Assembly: GCA_045634125.1 (NCBI GenBank) | Contig: JAZQZQ010000025.1 | Coordinates: forward strand, 49,941 to 113,940 | Direction of reading: 5' to 3' | Length of the DNA stretch: 64,000 nt | DNA from: Alistipes sp. | GTDB lineage: Bacteria > Bacteroidota > Bacteroidia > Bacteroidales > Rikenellaceae | Shown here: positions 60,021 to 64,000 of the stretch, one piece after another | Position numbering within the stretch: position 1 is the first letter of the stretch | How the letters are laid out: each line of letters begins with the position of its first letter | The notes under the pieces: generated by a model | Told to the model about the DNA's origin: nothing | Seen by the model: only the letters and a program-made list of their open reading frames with translations | Databases searched by the model: none | Position numbers and translations under genes: made by a program

Positions 60021-60800
60021 ATGAAGAATAGACCTCTAATATTTGTTACTAACGACGATAGCTATCTATCGAAGGGCTTTAAGGCTATGGTAAACCTTGC
60101 CCGAGAGTTTGGCGATGTTATAGCCATCGCGCCCGACCGTGTGCAGAGCGGTATGAGTCAGGCTATTACTATCAACACGCCACTCTTTCTACGCCCTGTA
60201 GAGAAGAGCGAGGGTGTTGAGATATATGCTTTCTCGGGTACTCCAGTAGATTGTGCAAAGTTTGCTTTCGACTACTTCTTTGAGGGTCGAGAGGTGGGTT
60301 TGGTATTGTCAGGTATCAACCATGGCTCTAATGCTGCGGTGAATGTGATGTACTCGGGTACTATGGGTGCCGCTATTGAGGGTAGCTTCTATGGTGTGCC
60401 ATCTATAGGTCTCTCGGTTGATGATCACGATGCCGATGCCGACTTTGAGGGAGCAGTGAAGTATGGCAGAGAGATTATTAGTTCTTTGCTTGATGCTGAG
60501 GCTCGCTTACCACGCCCATTGTGTTTGAATGTCAACGTCCCTCGTTGTAGCGTTGAGGAGATTAAGGGTGTGCGCCTATGTCGTCAGACACGTGGCTTCT
60601 GGCGCGAGGAGTTCTACGAGCGCGAGGATCCACACGGTCGCAAATATTTCTGGCTCACGGGAGCTTTCCAGAATGCAGAGCCTGAGGCTTCGGATAGCGA
60701 TGAGTGGGCATTGGCTAATAACTACGTTTCGGTTGTGCCTGTGCAGGTTGATATGACCGACTATCTACAGCTTAAAAACTTGCAGGGCGTAATCAAGTAA
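60021..60800 (+). CDS. surE: 5'/3'-nucleotidase SurE
   Basis: VTNDD, SGTPVDC, SGINHGSN, YSGTMGAA. Confidence 0.96.
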   Translation: MKNRPLIFVTNDDSYLSKGFKAMVNLAREFGDVIAIAPDRVQSGMSQAITINTPLFLRPVEKSEGVEIYAFSGTPVDCAKFAFDYFFEGREVGLVLSGINHGSNAAVNVMYSGTMGAAIEGSFYGVPSIGLSVDDHDADADFEGAVKYGREIISSLLDAEARLPRPLCLNVNVPRCSVEEIKGVRLCRQTRGFWREEFYEREDPHGRKYFWLTGAFQNAEPEASDSDEWALANNYVSVVPVQVDMTDYLQLKNLQGVIK

Positions 60801-60807
60801 GTAGTAT

Positions 60808-61836
60808 ATGCGTGGTGTTGAGATATTGATACTCATTTCGATAGCGATGCAGTTAGTGGCTATTGCCATCGCTCTGCACTTGGTTAATAAAACCAAGTAT
60901 AAGGCGTTGTGGGTATGTTGTATCATCTCTCTTGCGATGCTCTGTGTCGACCACATTATGCAGTTCAATATCTTTCGAGGAGTTGAGGTCTCGGACTTAA
61001 CTCGCGGTTGGGTGGGTATCGTGGTGTCGCTAAGTTTCTCGATATGTGTGGTCTGTGCGCGTTTGTTGGTTGCGCACGTCGACCGTATGGCACAGCACCG
61101 CCAGATGCTCGAAAATAGGTTTATGACAGCGCTACTAAGGACTGAGGAGCGTAGTCGTGCATCCTTCTCGCGCGAGTTACATGATGGCTTAGGACCATTA
61201 TTGTCATCATCGAAGATGTCGCTCTCGGCACTCAATCGTGCTAATCTTAGCGATAGTGAGCGCGAGATTCTGCAAAATACATCGGCTGTTATTGACGAGG
61301 CCATACGCTCACTGCGCGAGATCTCGAATAACCTCTCGCCACATATTCTTAACGACTTTGGTTTGGTGCGTGGTATCAAGCACTTCGTTGACCGCTTAGG
61401 TACGGTGCGCGATACGAAAATCGAGTTTAAGACAACGCTTAAGGATGAGCGTTTCGATTCGAATATCGAGGTTATCTTGTACCGTGTAACCTGCGAGCTT
61501 ATAAACAACTCGTTGAAGCATGCTGAGGCAACAGAGATATCTATTGCTCTACGCCAGGAGCGAGGTCTGCTCGTAATCGACTATAGCGATAATGGCAAGG
61601 GCTTTACCTATAGCGAGGAGGAGTGCAATGGTATGGGATTGTCGAATATACGTTCGCGTATCTCATCCTTAAATGGCAAGTTTGAGATTATAAGTTGCAA
61701 GGGCGAAGGCATGAAGGCTAAGATTGCAGTATCGCCCAGTGGCGCTAATATGCACCTTACGCCGAGCGATATTCGTGAACTTCGTAGTATAGGCGATAAC
61801 ATTAAAAAACGAAGAAATGGAAAACAGAGAGATTAA
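60808..61836 (+). CDS. Membrane sensor histidine kinase (HisKA_3 type)
   Basis: Three N-terminal TM helices; RELHD H-box, NNSLKHA, DNGKG and GMGL boxes. Confidence 0.92.
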   Translation: MRGVEILILISIAMQLVAIAIALHLVNKTKYKALWVCCIISLAMLCVDHIMQFNIFRGVEVSDLTRGWVGIVVSLSFSICVVCARLLVAHVDRMAQHRQMLENRFMTALLRTEERSRASFSRELHDGLGPLLSSSKMSLSALNRANLSDSEREILQNTSAVIDEAIRSLREISNNLSPHILNDFGLVRGIKHFVDRLGTVRDTKIEFKTTLKDERFDSNIEVILYRVTCELINNSLKHAEATEISIALRQERGLLVIDYSDNGKGFTYSEEECNGMGLSNIRSRISSLNGKFEIISCKGEGMKAKIAVSPSGANMHLTPSDIRELRSIGDNIKKRRNGKQRD

Positions 61837-62470
61837 GATCGCGCTTGTGGATGACCATACGTTGTTCCGTACAGGATTGAAGGGTCTTCTTTCGCAGCGC
61901 GAAGGGTTCAAAATCGTTGCCGATGTAGGTAGCGGTAAGGAGTTCTTGAAGTTACTCCCAGAGTTGGATGTAGATGTGGTATTTATGGATATAGCGATGC
62001 CTGAGATGGATGGTGCTGAGACCACACGCGAGGCGCTTAAGCTAAAGCCCGATATGCGCGTTATCACGCTGTCGATGTTTGGCGATGACCACTACTACTC
62101 GCTTATGGTGCAGAGTGGAGCTTCTGGCTTTCTTTTGAAGGATTCTGATATTGAGGAGGTCTATGCTGCTGTGGATGCTGTAGTGGCGGGCGATAACTAC
62201 TTCAGTGCTATATTGTATGGCTCGTTGGTGCGCAATATGACACGTATCGAGGTGCCTAAGGTCGATGATGAGGATGCTCTCTCGGAGCGCGAGATAGAGA
62301 TCTTAGTTGAGGTTTGCGCAGGTCTCTCGAATCAGGAGATTGCCGACAAGCTATTTATCTCTAAGCGCACGGTAGATAAGCACCGCGCCAATATTCTTGA
62401 AAAGACAGGGTGCAAAAATACAGCAAACCTTGTGGTCTACGCTATAAAGAATCGTTTAGTGGAGATTTAA
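61817..62470 (+). CDS. NarL/LuxR family response regulator
   Basis: VDDH, DIAMP phospho-acceptor, LLKD, LuxR HTH (EIADKLFISKRTVDKH). Confidence 0.95.
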   Translation: MENREIKIALVDDHTLFRTGLKGLLSQREGFKIVADVGSGKEFLKLLPELDVDVVFMDIAMPEMDGAETTREALKLKPDMRVITLSMFGDDHYYSLMVQSGASGFLLKDSDIEEVYAAVDAVVAGDNYFSAILYGSLVRNMTRIEVPKVDDEDALSEREIEILVEVCAGLSNQEIADKLFISKRTVDKHRANILEKTGCKNTANLVVYAIKNRLVEI

Positions 62471-62484
62471 TTACGAAATTCGAC

Positions 62485-62527
62485 ATAATAGAGGCTGTCC
62501 AAATTTCCATTGGACAGCCTCTATTAT
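62485..62527. terminator. Bidirectional hairpin (GGCTGTC family)
   Basis: ATAATAGAGGCTGTCCAA/TTGGACAGCCTCTATTAT perfect stem. Confidence 0.8.
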
Positions 62528-62544
62528 ACTGAATATATTCCCTG

Positions 62545-64000
62545 CTACTTGCCCGCAGAGCCGTAGCCAGATAGCGGATGGAGTGATACTACCCATACGT
62601 TACCGTAGCGGGTGTCGCCCGTAAGTTGAATATGTGACTTGCCACTACCTATGCTAACACTATACTCGTTGAGTAGTTGCTGTTTAGGCTCTTTGGTGAG
62701 ATCGTCGGAGTCGGTGATCCATAATCGCGTAAGGAGACCTGTAGATTTGTCAATTTCGTAGCCCCACAATGTCACTGCGTGGTGCAAAGATGCTATATTG
62801 GAACTTAACGAAATGGTCATTGCTGCCATACCGCGGTTGAACGACTGAACAACCAAATCTGTAAAGTACTTTAAGCGGTCATTGCCTGTAAGTTCTGAAC
62901 CATTGCCCCAGAGGTAGTAGTTATTGTAGCAGTATGTGTACATCTGGGGGTATTGACTTGGGAATATATCGTGCTGATAACCTCGGTATATATATGGCTC
63001 TATGCTGCTCCACACGCTACTGAAGTAGCCCCCGTTGGTCTTAGGTGCTGCCTGCGAGCCAGCGGATGCAAACTCGCCACCATAGAGCTTGCCCTCGAAG
63101 TACCAAGGTATAGCCTCTTCAGGGTGTCCGCCCTTTGAGTTGTCCCATTCCGAGTGGTATACATCCATCAGTGCAAGTTCATAAGTGCCGTAACTACCGT
63201 GTGTCTTTGTACCAGGACCCGTTACCGCTGTTGAAGGTAGGGTTTTACCCGATGCTACATAGCGATCCTGCCACCACTGAATCATATTAGATGCCGCAGC
63301 AGCCCAGCACATATTGATATCGCCATTGTTGCCCTCGGCCTTCTTATTTACATCGTACCATCCCGATGTAAGCGATACACCCTCGGCAAAGACAATCGTT
63401 TTACCAGTTGAGGTAACCTCCTCGGCGGTAATCGTTATTGTGTTTGACTTCACGCCATAGCGCTCAGCGTAGATGGTATATGTTCCTGCCGATGTGGTTA
63501 GGAATGTTGTGCTGTTTAGTTTGCTGCCGTTAGCATAGATAGTCGATTGTGCGGTTACATCCTCGCCACCATCCGATGTCACGACACTAAGTACGGTGCT
63601 ATCTACACCATTAGCCTTGATAGAGTTCTTTGTTGCTTGCAGTGTTATAGTCTCAGCCGTAATTTCGCCTCCACCAACACTATTAGCCTTGCTTAGTTCA
63701 AGGTTTACGGTTGTAGTCTTACCCTCATGCATTGCGAAGGTGCTCAGTGTTCCGCTATCAGGTTTGCGAATCTCGTAGCGCTTCTCGCCATCTATATATA
63801 CACCAAACGTAAAGACAACCTCTCTTTCGAGTGTCATTGGAAAGAGCATTGCAGAGAATTGAGGTTTGTTGCCGTAGGCGCGAATAGTGGTAGTTTTGCT
63901 GTTATCGGAGATGGTGTTTGAGCGAAAGTTCAGGTCTCGTGTCTGGTTGAACTTAATATCTCCATTCTTCGATGTCGCAATTATCTCTACGATAATATTC
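62545..64000 (-). CDS. IdeS/Mac-family cysteine endopeptidase with Ig-like and fimbrillin-like N-terminal domains, 5'-truncated
   Basis: NMCWAAAASNMIQWW, HAVTLWG and ITDSDD match the IdeS catalytic motifs. The frame stays open from 63849 to the window edge. Confidence 0.8.
   Translation of the reverse strand, partial: NIIVEIIATSKNGDIKFNQTRDLNFRSNTISDNSKTTTIRAYGNKPQFSAMLFPMTLEREVVFTFGVYIDGEKRYEIRKPDSGTLSTFAMHEGKTTTVNLELSKANSVGGGEITAETITLQATKNSIKANGVDSTVLSVVTSDGGEDVTAQSTIYANGSKLNSTTFLTTSAGTYTIYAERYGVKSNTITITAEEVTSTGKTIVFAEGVSLTSGWYDVNKKAEGNNGDINMCWAAAASNMIQWWQDRYVASGKTLPSTAVTGPGTKTHGSYGTYELALMDVYHSEWDNSKGGHPEEAIPWYFEGKLYGGEFASAGSQAAPKTNGGYFSSVWSSIEPYIYRGYQHDIFPSQYPQMYTYCYNNYYLWGNGSELTGNDRLKYFTDLVVQSFNRGMAAMTISLSSNIASLHHAVTLWGYEIDKSTGLLTRLWITDSDDLTKEPKQQLLNEYSVSIGSGKSHIQLTGDTRYGNVWVVSLHPLSGYGSAGK

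Overview
Core-genome window from a Bacteroidales bacterium. The evidence is TAnnTTTG promoters, AT-rich start regions mostly without Shine-Dalgarno sites, and BACON, fimbrillin, TamL and PqqD-type genes. A Rikenellaceae/Alistipes-like origin is my inference. In order it holds: a TetR-TolC-MFP-RND-PG0541 efflux operon; a putative metal-uptake operon (PqqD-like gene, His/Cys-rich peptide ending in RAPP, TonB-dependent receptor, HMA protein, then a porin); recQ-exonuclease-rlmI; slyD; the tRNA(Thr,Tyr,Gly)-tuf-tRNA(Trp)-secE-nusG-rplKAJL-rpoBC cluster; dapF-tamL; SOD; peptidase M64; plsY; yitT; miaB; truA; lpdA; a C69 dipeptidase; yggS; a BACON-LRR lipoprotein; dnaK; RNase P RNA; pgi; gpsA; mreBCD-mrdA-rodA-surE followed by a two-component system; and a 5'-truncated fimbrillin-like/IdeS protease fusion. 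I found no transposase, integrase, prophage or CRISPR array. The main unexplained signals are: (1) two related families of 124-135 bp fold-back elements that start on or right after stop codons, with covarying stems and conserved internal loops; (2) a likely metal-sensing ribosome-arrest leader peptide upstream of the TonB receptor; (3) inverted arrays of 10-bp phased repeats; (4) a pilin-like protein fused to an IdeS/Mac-type protease. All calls come from reading the sequence by eye; no searches were run.
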